From assembly GCA_050174015.1 (NCBI GenBank), contig JBFXKG010000005.1, positions 32,001 through 96,000 on the forward strand: a stretch of DNA of 64,000 bases, in the 5' to 3' direction. The stretch comes from Candidatus Krumholzibacteriia bacterium (lineage in GTDB: Bacteria; Krumholzibacteriota; Krumholzibacteriia; LZORAL124-64-63). Below are positions 56,584-64,000 of this stretch, piece by piece; position 1 is the first letter of the stretch, and the number at the start of each line of letters is the position of its first letter. The notes beneath the pieces were generated by a model. It worked only from the letters and a program-made list of their open reading frames with translations. It was not told the origin of the DNA and ran no database searches. The position numbers and the translations under genes were made by a program.

Positions 56584-56584
56584 T

Positions 56585-57637
56585 GTGAAACCCATCCGGG
56601 TCCTCATCATCGACGATTCCCCCACAGTGAGGGCCCTCATCAGGCGGGGTCTGTCGGGCGCCGAGGGCATCGAGGTGGTCGGGGTCGCTCCCAACCCCTA
56701 CGTGGCGAGGGACATGATCGTCAAGGATCCCCCCGACGTGGTCACGCTCGACCTGGAGATGCCGCGCATGGACGGGCTGACGTTCCTGCGCAAGCTCATG
56801 AGCCATTACCCCCTGCCGGTGGTGGTCATCTCGACGCTGACCCGCGCGGGCAGCCTCAAGGTCCAGGAGGCCCTCGAGGCGGGCGCCGTCGAGGTGGTCG
56901 GCAAGAACCTCACGAGCGAGGGGACCCAGGCCCTCATGCTCGAGATCGTGCGCAAGGTCCGGGCCGCCGCCGGGGCCAGGGTCCAGAGCAGGCCGCTCGG
57001 CCACCGGAGTCCCGGCGCGGAGAGTTCCCCGCGGCCCCTGGCCAGGGTGGGATGCCCCGCCGACCGCCTGCTGGCCATCGGGGCCAGCACCGGCGGAACC
57101 CAGGCGCTCACGGCCATCCTGAGCCGGTTGCCGGAGGACATCCCCGGAACCCTCATCGTCCAGCACATGCCGCCCGGTTTCACCGCCCAGTTCGCGGCGA
57201 ACCTCGACCGCATCTGCCCGATGGAGGTGCGCGAGGCCAGGACGGGCGACGTCCTGCAGCCCGGTCTGGCGCTGATCGCGCCGGGCGACCGCCACCTGCT
57301 GCTGGCCAGAAAGGGCGGACGCCTGATGGTGGAGCTGCGCAACGGGCCGCGGGTGAGCGGTCACAAGCCTTCGGTGGACGTCCTGTTCCGCACGGCGGCC
57401 GATCACGCGGGCGGCAAGGCCCTGGGGGTCATCCTGACCGGGATGGGCAAGGACGGGGCCGAGGGGCTGAAGCTGATGCACGACCGGGGCGCCCACACCA
57501 TCGCCCAGGACGAATCCAGCTGCATCGTCTACGGGATGCCGCGGGAAGCCGTCGAACTGGGAGCCGCCACCGAGATCGTGAGGCTGGACCGGATCCCGGA
57601 GGCCATCTGCCGGGCCCTGGCCGCGGTTCCCGTCTGA
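56585..57637 (+). CDS. cheB: Chemotaxis methylesterase CheB (REC + esterase)
   Basis: 'TLDLEMP', 'IGASTGG', 'VQHMP', 'PSVDVLF', 'LTGMGKDGA', 'VYGMP'. Confidence 0.95.
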   Translation: MKPIRVLIIDDSPTVRALIRRGLSGAEGIEVVGVAPNPYVARDMIVKDPPDVVTLDLEMPRMDGLTFLRKLMSHYPLPVVVISTLTRAGSLKVQEALEAGAVEVVGKNLTSEGTQALMLEIVRKVRAAAGARVQSRPLGHRSPGAESSPRPLARVGCPADRLLAIGASTGGTQALTAILSRLPEDIPGTLIVQHMPPGFTAQFAANLDRICPMEVREARTGDVLQPGLALIAPGDRHLLLARKGGRLMVELRNGPRVSGHKPSVDVLFRTAADHAGGKALGVILTGMGKDGAEGLKLMHDRGAHTIAQDESSCIVYGMPREAVELGAATEIVRLDRIPEAICRALAAVPV

Positions 57638-57660
57638 CTTCCGGAATCGTGCAGGTCGAC

Positions 57661-57689
57661 AGGGGGGTCCGACTTCGGTCGGACCCCTT
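57661..57689. terminator. Strong hairpin between convergent operons (putative terminator)
   Basis: GGGGTCCGAC-TTCG-GTCGGACCCC (cUUCGg tetraloop); only a weak U tract. Confidence 0.6.
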
Positions 57690-57708
57690 CCCTAGCCGGG
57701 AACGGTGA

Positions 57709-58191
57709 TCAGGGAGTGATGATGGTCAGGGTGGCGGTTCCGAAGTCCGTCTCCCCCACGTAGTCCACCCGCTTGCCGGGATTGCGGACCCAGCCCACGA
57801 AGTCGTCGGGTCCGGGCACCTGGTAGGGGAAGGTGGCGGTGGGGGCGACGTGAGGGTTCAGTTCGATGTTGTTGAAGAGGGTCCTCATGTTGTTGATGAC
57901 CTCGGTGACGGCCTCGATCACCGGCTCGGACGCCTTGCCCGCCTTCTTCTGGTCCATCGCCGTCGCCTTGGGCAGCATGATGAGGTTGCCGCCGATGTAA
58001 AGAGTGGCCGCCAGGTCGGTCAGGACCGCCCCCTCGACCTTGTTGTCCCGCCCCTGCAGGAAGGTGATGTAGGCGCCCTTCTCGGGATTCAGCAGATCCC
58101 AGCCCTGGCCTTCCTTGAGAACCGGCTTTTCCCCGATGAGCAGTTCGACCAGGTCGAGGACTTCCTTGGGGGACGGCAACGTCAGCGTCAT
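57709..58191 (-). CDS. Hypothetical protein, probable CheC/CheX-like fold
   Basis: 'EAVTEVINNM' (ExxN); cotranscribed with a CheX-like gene and a response regulator. Confidence 0.55.
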   Translation of the reverse strand: MTLTLPSPKEVLDLVELLIGEKPVLKEGQGWDLLNPEKGAYITFLQGRDNKVEGAVLTDLAATLYIGGNLIMLPKATAMDQKKAGKASEPVIEAVTEVINNMRTLFNNIELNPHVAPTATFPYQVPGPDDFVGWVRNPGKRVDYVGETDFGTATLTIITP

Positions 58192-58194
58192 GGC

Positions 58195-59259
58195 CTAGCC
58201 TTCCTGCCAGATGAGGATGACATGGGCCTCGAGATCGTCCGGTCCGCGAACGGTCTGGGCCATGCCCTGGATGCCGCTGGCGAAGAACTCGATGCAGCTC
58301 CTGCCCTCCATGAACAGGGGCAGGCCGAGCTGGATCTTCTGGCCGGCGGCGGCGCGGCTGGACTTCATCACCCCGGCGGCGACGTTGGCGATCTCGCCCA
58401 GGGCGTCGGCCATGTCCTCCATGGCCGGATCCTCGTCGGACTCCATCGCGAACAGGCTCCGGGTGAGCCCCTTGCTGCCCAGCTTGTTGCACATGACCGC
58501 GAGTTGCCAGCTGCCCGTCTCCGAGGTCAGGGCGATGCTGCTTCCGTAATCGACCTCCGCCTGGCGGGGATCCGAGGGATTGGCATCGACCTGGAGCTCG
58601 AGATCCATCTGGATGCGGCAGGTCTCCACGACGGCGTTGACGGCCTCCTGGAGCACCTCGGCCGGCACGTAGTGCCCGCTGCCGGCGACCGCGTTCTCGA
58701 TAGCGTTAGACATGGGAAAGATCCCTCCGGCATCTGTGCCGTTCTGCCAGCTGAGGACGACCTGGAGTTTCCTCCCGTCAGGGGTCCTCATCGGCTGGGA
58801 TACGGCGTTCACTCCTCTGGGAAAGTACTGGATCCAACCGCTGCCCCGGATGAACAGGGGCAGGCCGAGCTGGTAGTTCTCGCCTTTCGGCTCCCGCTTC
58901 GCCTTCCAGACTCCGGCCGCGACGTTGGGGATCTCGTTCATCGCATCGCCGAGATCCTCCATGGGGACGTCTGCATCGTCCTCGAGCGCGAACAGGATCC
59001 GGGTCAGATCCCTGGCGGTCTCCTCGGGGAAGGCGCAGGCGTACTGGAAGTTGATCTTCTCGCTGGTCAGCGCCACGGTGCCGCCGAAGATGACCCCGCC
59101 GGGGTCGGGGGCGCCGGGCATGCCGTCGAGCGCCAGGTCGATCCCGAACTGGACGGAGAAGGTTTCCCGGATGCTTTCCACGGCGTCGCGCAGGGCGTCG
59201 AGCTTGGTGCCGATGTCCTGGGGATTGGCGATGTCCCGTTTCCGCAGCAGTAGGGTCAC
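58195..59259 (-). CDS. Tandem double CheX-like domain protein
   Basis: Two repeats: 'LFALE...MEDLGDAMNEIPNVAAGVWK...QLGLPLF' and 'LFAME...MEDMADALGEIANVAAGVMK...QLGLPLF'. GTG start 59259 overlaps the upstream stop. Confidence 0.8.
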   Translation of the reverse strand: MTLLLRKRDIANPQDIGTKLDALRDAVESIRETFSVQFGIDLALDGMPGAPDPGGVIFGGTVALTSEKINFQYACAFPEETARDLTRILFALEDDADVPMEDLGDAMNEIPNVAAGVWKAKREPKGENYQLGLPLFIRGSGWIQYFPRGVNAVSQPMRTPDGRKLQVVLSWQNGTDAGGIFPMSNAIENAVAGSGHYVPAEVLQEAVNAVVETCRIQMDLELQVDANPSDPRQAEVDYGSSIALTSETGSWQLAVMCNKLGSKGLTRSLFAMESDEDPAMEDMADALGEIANVAAGVMKSSRAAAGQKIQLGLPLFMEGRSCIEFFASGIQGMAQTVRGPDDLEAHVILIWQEG

Positions 59260-59618
59260 GATATGAAAGCCCCCAGGACCTGGCCCATGTCCTCGGCCGT
59301 GAAGGGCTTGGCCAGCAGGAACATGGCGCCGCCCTCGGTGGCCAGGTCGACCATCTCCTTGGTGCTTTCGGAGGTCACGAACCCGAAGGGGATCTCCAGC
59401 CCCTCCGCGTTCATGGCGGCCAGGAACTCGATCCCGGTCATTTCGGGCATGTGCCAGTCCGAAAGTATCAGGTCGGGCTTCTGCGCCTTGACGACGTCCA
59501 GGGCCTCCTTGCCGTTCTCGGCCTCGACGATCTCGTGACCCTCGAAACCGGCCTGGCGGATGGTCCTGGCGACAATGCGGCGCATGGCGCGGGAATCGTC
59601 TACGACCAGAATTTTCAT
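59256..59618 (-). CDS. CheY-like single-domain response regulator
   Basis: 'MKILVVDDS', 'SDWHMP', 'VTSE', 'KPF'. AAGGAG RBS. Confidence 0.92.
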   Translation of the reverse strand: MKILVVDDSRAMRRIVARTIRQAGFEGHEIVEAENGKEALDVVKAQKPDLILSDWHMPEMTGIEFLAAMNAEGLEIPFGFVTSESTKEMVDLATEGGAMFLLAKPFTAEDMGQVLGAFIS

Positions 59619-59709
59619 GCTCCACTCCTTGAATCCGGTTGCGTCGTCACGGCGCATCCCTGAAAGGACATCGACGGGACGGGCCGGAAGACGCATTCCT
59701 GTAGGGGAT

Positions 59710-59736
59710 TGATCGGTCGGAGGGGCAAGAGCTTGA
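59710..59736 (-). promoter_or_regulatory. Putative sigma28-like promoter of the RR-CheX operon
   Basis: Minus strand TCAAG-N14-ACCGATCA. Confidence 0.5.
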
Positions 59737-59780
59737 CGATTTTCTTCGGCCTGGATCCTGCCCGGCCCATGGGGCCGGAT

Positions 59781-61022
59781 TCAGGGGGCGGGCGAGGGGC
59801 CGTCGATCCTGATCTCGGTCGCCGCCTGGGCCGCCTCCCGGACCGCGGCATCGAGGTCCATGGCCCGGGAGAAGTCCATCAGATCCCGGGGACGGGCGGT
59901 CAGGACCGGTTTGGGGGACCGGATCGAGCAGCAGTCCCGGTAGGGGAGGATGGACGTGTCGAACAACCCCACCTTCCGGGACCAGGCGGTGATCTCGATC
60001 TTGTCCATGCCGATCAGGGGGCGCAGGACCGGCATCCGGACGTCCGGGGCGATGGCCCCGAGGTTGTGGATGGTCTGGCTGGCCACCTGGCCCAGGCTGT
60101 CCCCGGTGACCAGGGCCTTGCACTTGTTCTGGGAGGCCAGCTTGGCGGCGGTCTTGAACATGAACCGGCGGAACATGACCATGTCGAAGCTGTCGGGCAC
60201 GGCTCCGATGGCGCGCTGCTCGTAGGGGACCACCGGCACCAGGTGCAGGGCCAGGGGCCGGGGGAAGTAGCCGGCGAGGATCCTCACCAGTTCCTCGATC
60301 TTGGCGGTGTCGGCCTCGGCGGCGGTCCGGCCGGAGAAGAAGTGCACGAACTCGGGGCGGCAGCCGCGCCGCATCATGAGCCAGGCCGCCACGGGCGAGT
60401 CGATCCCGCCGGACATCAGGACCATGACCCGCCCGCTGCTGCCCGCCGGCAGCCCCCCGTAGGCGGTCTCCTTGGCGTGGAAGACCAGGGTCTGGTCCTT
60501 CATGACCAGCACGTTGATCTTCAGGTCGGGGTCCTGCATCCGGCCGGGCAGCCCGGTGTCCAGGTGTACCGCGCGGCCGACGATGCGGTTGATGTCCGGG
60601 GAATCCAGGGGGAAGGTGCGGTCGCTGCGGCGGGTGGCGACCTTGAATGAAAGGGCCTCCCCCGGGTTCTCGCGGGCCAGGCCACAGGCCGCGTCGCAGA
60701 GCAGGGTCAACCGCGGCTCCCGTCCGGCGGCGCGGTCCGCGGCGATCTCGGCGTCCAGCTCGCCCCGGGGAACGGGAACCGCGGGAGAGACCCACTGCAG
60801 GCCGAAAACGTCGTGCAACCTGCGGCTGACGCGGGCCGCGGAGTCGGGGTCCGTCACCTCGATCAGCAGGCGGCTCTCCACGTGCCTGATCTCACCGAGG
60901 GGCTCGTCCTTGAGCATGGTGCGGATGTTGTTCAGGAGCTTGCGCAGGAATACCGTCCGGTTGCGCCCCTTCAGGGCGATCTCGGCGTACGTGGCCACGA
61001 TGACGGGGGAGGCCTGGGTCAT
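59781..61022 (-). CDS. thiI: tRNA 4-thiouridine synthase ThiI (no rhodanese domain)
   Basis: 'YAEIALKGRNR', THUMP domain, PP-loop 'SGGIDSPVA', 'TGDSLGQVASQT', 'RPLIGMDK', 'DCC'. Confidence 0.93.
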   Translation of the reverse strand: MTQASPVIVATYAEIALKGRNRTVFLRKLLNNIRTMLKDEPLGEIRHVESRLLIEVTDPDSAARVSRRLHDVFGLQWVSPAVPVPRGELDAEIAADRAAGREPRLTLLCDAACGLARENPGEALSFKVATRRSDRTFPLDSPDINRIVGRAVHLDTGLPGRMQDPDLKINVLVMKDQTLVFHAKETAYGGLPAGSSGRVMVLMSGGIDSPVAAWLMMRRGCRPEFVHFFSGRTAAEADTAKIEELVRILAGYFPRPLALHLVPVVPYEQRAIGAVPDSFDMVMFRRFMFKTAAKLASQNKCKALVTGDSLGQVASQTIHNLGAIAPDVRMPVLRPLIGMDKIEITAWSRKVGLFDTSILPYRDCCSIRSPKPVLTARPRDLMDFSRAMDLDAAVREAAQAATEIRIDGPSPAP

Positions 61023-61200
61023 GCCGGCTCCTGGGACGGCCGCCGGGACGGCGGCTTTGCTTCGGGGCGAATCCGGGTTATTCTTGGCCCCCACCGGGGG
61101 GACCGGGCGCGGATGCGTGAACCATTGAATTAAACAGGTCCCAGGGCAGGCGCAAGCGCCATCCCGGGCAGACCCCGCCTTCCGGGGCGGGACAAGAAGG

Positions 61201-62514
61201 ATGGCGATGATCGAGCACGAAGGAATCCGTCTGGACATCAGCGGCGCCGGTGAGTATCTGCCGGCCTCCGAACTGGAGGCCCTGGAGCCCCGGGCCCTGG
61301 CCGCCCTGGCCGAGTTGCATGACGGCACCGGCCCCGGCGCCGACTACCTGGGTTGGCTGGACTTGCCGTCGTCCATCACGGCCGACGACCTGGGCGAGAT
61401 CCGGGCCGAGGCCGACCGGATCGCCGCCCAGGCCGAGGTCCTGGCGGTCGTCGGCATCGGGGGTTCCTACCTGGGCGCCCGGGCGGTCCTGGCGGCCCTG
61501 GGTCTCGACGGCCGCGCCGGTTCCGGCCGCCCCGAGGTCATCTTCGCGGGCACGGGGCTGTGCGGGGCGACCCTGCAGCAGACCCTCGACCGCCTGGGCG
61601 ACCGGGACGTCCACGTCTGCGTCATCTCGAAATCGGGAACGACCCTGGAACCGGCCGTCGCCTTCCGCATCCTGCGGGCGAGACTGGCGGCCCGGTACGG
61701 AGCCGGAGCCCCAAGCCGCATCACAGCGGTCACCGACGCCCGCCGCGGGGCCTTGCGACGCCTTGCCGAAGCCGAGGGATACGCGACCTTCGTGATTCCC
61801 GACGACGTCGGCGGCCGCTTCTCCGTCCTGACCCCGGTGGGCCTGGTTCCCCTGGCCGCGGCGGGCGTGGACGTCGCCGCCCTGGTGGACGGCGCCCGCT
61901 CCATGGCCGAATTCTGCCGGTCCGGCGATCTCCGCGCCAACCCCGCCCTGCTGTACGCGACGGTCCGGTACGGCCTGTACGCCAAGGGGTTCACCACGGA
62001 GATCCTCAGCAGTTTCCACGGCGGATTGCAGCTGATGCAGGAGTGGTGGAAGCAGCTCTTCGGCGAGAGCGAGGGCAAGCAGGGCCGCGGCATCTTCCCG
62101 GCCTCGACGGTGTTCACCACCGATCTGCACAGCCTGGGCCAGTACATCCAGGACGGCCGCCGGGTCCTCCAGGAGACCTTCCTGGCGGTGCGGGAGACGG
62201 GGACCGGTCTCGCCGTTCCTTGCGGCGCGGGGGAGGGGTCCGATCCCGACGGTCTGGACTATCTCGCCGGCCGCTCCCTCGACGAGATCAACTGGAAGGC
62301 CTACGAAGGCACGCGGACGGCCCACCTGGCCGGCGGGGTGCCCTGTCTGGGCCTGGAACTGGATCGGGTGGACGCCCGCACCCTCGGGGCCCTGATCTAC
62401 ATGTTCGAGCTTGCGGTGGGAGTCGGCGGCAAGCTGCTGGGAGTGAATCCCTTCGACCAGCCCGGGGTGGAGACCTACAAGAAGGAAATGTTCCGCCTTC
62501 TAGGCAAACCCTAG
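61201..62514 (+). CDS. pgi: Glucose-6-phosphate isomerase
   Basis: 'GIGGSYLG', 'SKSGTTLE', 'DVGGRFSV', 'QLFGESEGK', 'DLHSLGQ', 'NPFDQPGVETYK'. Confidence 0.95.
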   Translation: MAMIEHEGIRLDISGAGEYLPASELEALEPRALAALAELHDGTGPGADYLGWLDLPSSITADDLGEIRAEADRIAAQAEVLAVVGIGGSYLGARAVLAALGLDGRAGSGRPEVIFAGTGLCGATLQQTLDRLGDRDVHVCVISKSGTTLEPAVAFRILRARLAARYGAGAPSRITAVTDARRGALRRLAEAEGYATFVIPDDVGGRFSVLTPVGLVPLAAAGVDVAALVDGARSMAEFCRSGDLRANPALLYATVRYGLYAKGFTTEILSSFHGGLQLMQEWWKQLFGESEGKQGRGIFPASTVFTTDLHSLGQYIQDGRRVLQETFLAVRETGTGLAVPCGAGEGSDPDGLDYLAGRSLDEINWKAYEGTRTAHLAGGVPCLGLELDRVDARTLGALIYMFELAVGVGGKLLGVNPFDQPGVETYKKEMFRLLGKP

Positions 62515-62618
62515 GCCGCAGGATATATTGTACGCCGTAAGGCACTCCGGACGGGGGACGGCCCGGTCGCGCCCCGCCCGCATCACCCGACGATCCGGGA
62601 CAACCAAGGAGAATCGCC

Positions 62619-63476
62619 TTGTCCAAACATGCGATTTTTAGCTTTCTGATGATCGGCCTGCTGGCGGTCGTCCTCGGCGCCTGCAGCGACGGCGGCGACC
62701 AGGCCGCCACCGGCGCGGCCGAATCCGCTTCCGCGACCTCTTCCGAGCATCCCGGCGCCTCCAAGGGAGCCGAGCATCCCGGGAGCGCCCCGACGGGGAT
62801 GCCCGCCGGCCAGGGTGGCTTCACCGGCGAGATCCTCGAGACCATGAACAGCGGCGGCTACACCTACGTGAAGCTGGACACGGGCAAGGAACAGGTCTGG
62901 GCCGCCGCCACCGAGACTCAGGTGGCCGTCGGTCAGAGGGTGACCGTGCCCGCGGGCATGCTCATGAAGGACTTCCCGAGCAAGACCCTCGACCGGACGT
63001 TCCCCGAGATCTGGTTCGTGGGCGGCATCTATCCCGAGGGCCAGGCCGCGAACCAGGCCCAGGGCGGGATGCCCCCCTCCGGCATGGGCGGCATGCCGTC
63101 GGGCGGGATGGAGCAGATGGCGAACGACGGCTCCCACAACCAGGTCCCCGACGCCGGGGTCGAGCCGGTCGCCAAGGTGGCCGGGGGCCACGACATCGCC
63201 GGGATCTACGCCGGAGCCGCGGAGCTCGGCGGCAAGACGGTCAAGGTGCGGGGTCGTGTGGTGAAGTTCACGCCCAACATCATGGGCACCAACTGGATCC
63301 ACATCCAGGACGGATCCGGGGAAGGGCCGTCGGCCGACCTCACCGTCACCAGCAGCGGCAGCGTGAGCGTGGACGATGTGGTGGTGGTGGAAGGGGTGCT
63401 TGCGGTGGACAAGGATTTCGGTGCGGGCTACCGCTACTCGGCCATCATCGAGAACGCCAAGATCACCAAGGATTGA
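62619..63476 (+). CDS. Lipoprotein with two OB-fold-like domains (NrfJ-like)
   Basis: Lipobox LGAC, 'GEILETMNSGGYTYV', 'VRGRVVKF...IMGTNWIHIQDG', 'DKDFGAGYRY'. TTG start with AAGGAG RBS. Confidence 0.72.
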   Translation: MSKHAIFSFLMIGLLAVVLGACSDGGDQAATGAAESASATSSEHPGASKGAEHPGSAPTGMPAGQGGFTGEILETMNSGGYTYVKLDTGKEQVWAAATETQVAVGQRVTVPAGMLMKDFPSKTLDRTFPEIWFVGGIYPEGQAANQAQGGMPPSGMGGMPSGGMEQMANDGSHNQVPDAGVEPVAKVAGGHDIAGIYAGAAELGGKTVKVRGRVVKFTPNIMGTNWIHIQDGSGEGPSADLTVTSSGSVSVDDVVVVEGVLAVDKDFGAGYRYSAIIENAKITKD

Positions 63477-63555
63477 CCTTCGGAACCATCCGAGTGCCCG
63501 GCCGGACCCTGCAGGGGTAAGGTCGGGCATTCTGTCATTCCGGCAGCCCCTCCGG

Positions 63556-64000
63556 TCAGTGGATGTAGCCGAGAGATCTCAGCCGCTTCCGGGCTTCACC
63601 GCCCAGATCGTCGGCCGGGACCGGCGGCGCCGCCGACAGGGGTGAATCTTCCGCGAATACCGCAGCGAACCCGGCTCGCAGTCCATCCAGGATGTCGGGC
63701 CGCCTGTCGGCCAGGTCATCCGTCTCCCCGGGATCTCGAGCCAGGTCGTAGAGTTCGAACCGGTCGGCATCCCCTGTCCGGAACCAGATCAGTTTCCAGT
63801 CTCCCTTGACCAGGCTCTTGCAGAAATCCCGGGGCGAGGATCCCTGTTCGCTGAACAGAGGCTCCTGGGGACCTGGCGAGATTCCTCCTGCCAGGTCGGT
63901 CAATGCAACGCCGTCCATGCCCGCGGGCGGATCAAGGTCCAGGGCGGCGAGCACCGTGGGGAGGATGTCCACCGTGGATACCCTTTCCTCGACGGTCGAG
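63556..64000 (-). CDS. Sulfatase-family protein, C-terminal part (5' end outside window)
   Basis: 'VSTVDILPTVL', 'DGV.L', 'WKLI', 'ELYDLARDPGE', 'LRSLGYI'. Confidence 0.85.
   Translation of the reverse strand, partial: STVEERVSTVDILPTVLAALDLDPPAGMDGVALTDLAGGISPGPQEPLFSEQGSSPRDFCKSLVKGDWKLIWFRTGDADRFELYDLARDPGETDDLADRRPDILDGLRAGFAAVFAEDSPLSAAPPVPADDLGGEARKRLRSLGYIH

Overview
A GC-rich, densely coding 64 kb bacterial chromosome segment from a diderm organism. Secreted proteins carry FlgD-Ig/PNPFNP C-terminal domains and short 'xWGxxKxxxR' tails, which suggests an FCB-group candidate phylum such as Krumholzibacteriota/Latescibacterota (inference only). About 60 genes can be called. Housekeeping and metabolic genes include M16 and M48 peptidases, a 5'-nucleotidase, an isocitrate/isopropylmalate dehydrogenase family enzyme, trmJ-like, rlmD-like, thiI, pgi and a partial sulfatase. 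Larger units are ovoA (ovothiol synthesis), a late futalosine-pathway menaquinone operon (ubiD-menG-ubiX-ubiA), an HDOD-REC-GGDEF diguanylate cyclase, a receptor-less chemotaxis cluster with a two-Hpt CheA, a DUF222-like HNH nuclease, and a small lipoprotein island next to an integrase remnant. I saw no rRNA, tRNA, cas gene or reverse transcriptase. The two strongest candidate undescribed systems are: (1) an operon of NlpC/P60, an Omp85-type barrel, an exported kinase-fold protein and an NTT-family ATP/ADP translocase (44.6-49.8 kb), which suggests ATP export to fuel extracytoplasmic phosphorylation; and (2) a putative sigma54-driven operon encoding a 41-aa Lys/Pro-rich peptide, an eRF1/pelota-like protein and a SET methyltransferase (3.6-4.9 kb), divergent from a sigma54 activator. 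All family calls come from motif recognition by eye; no database search was run.
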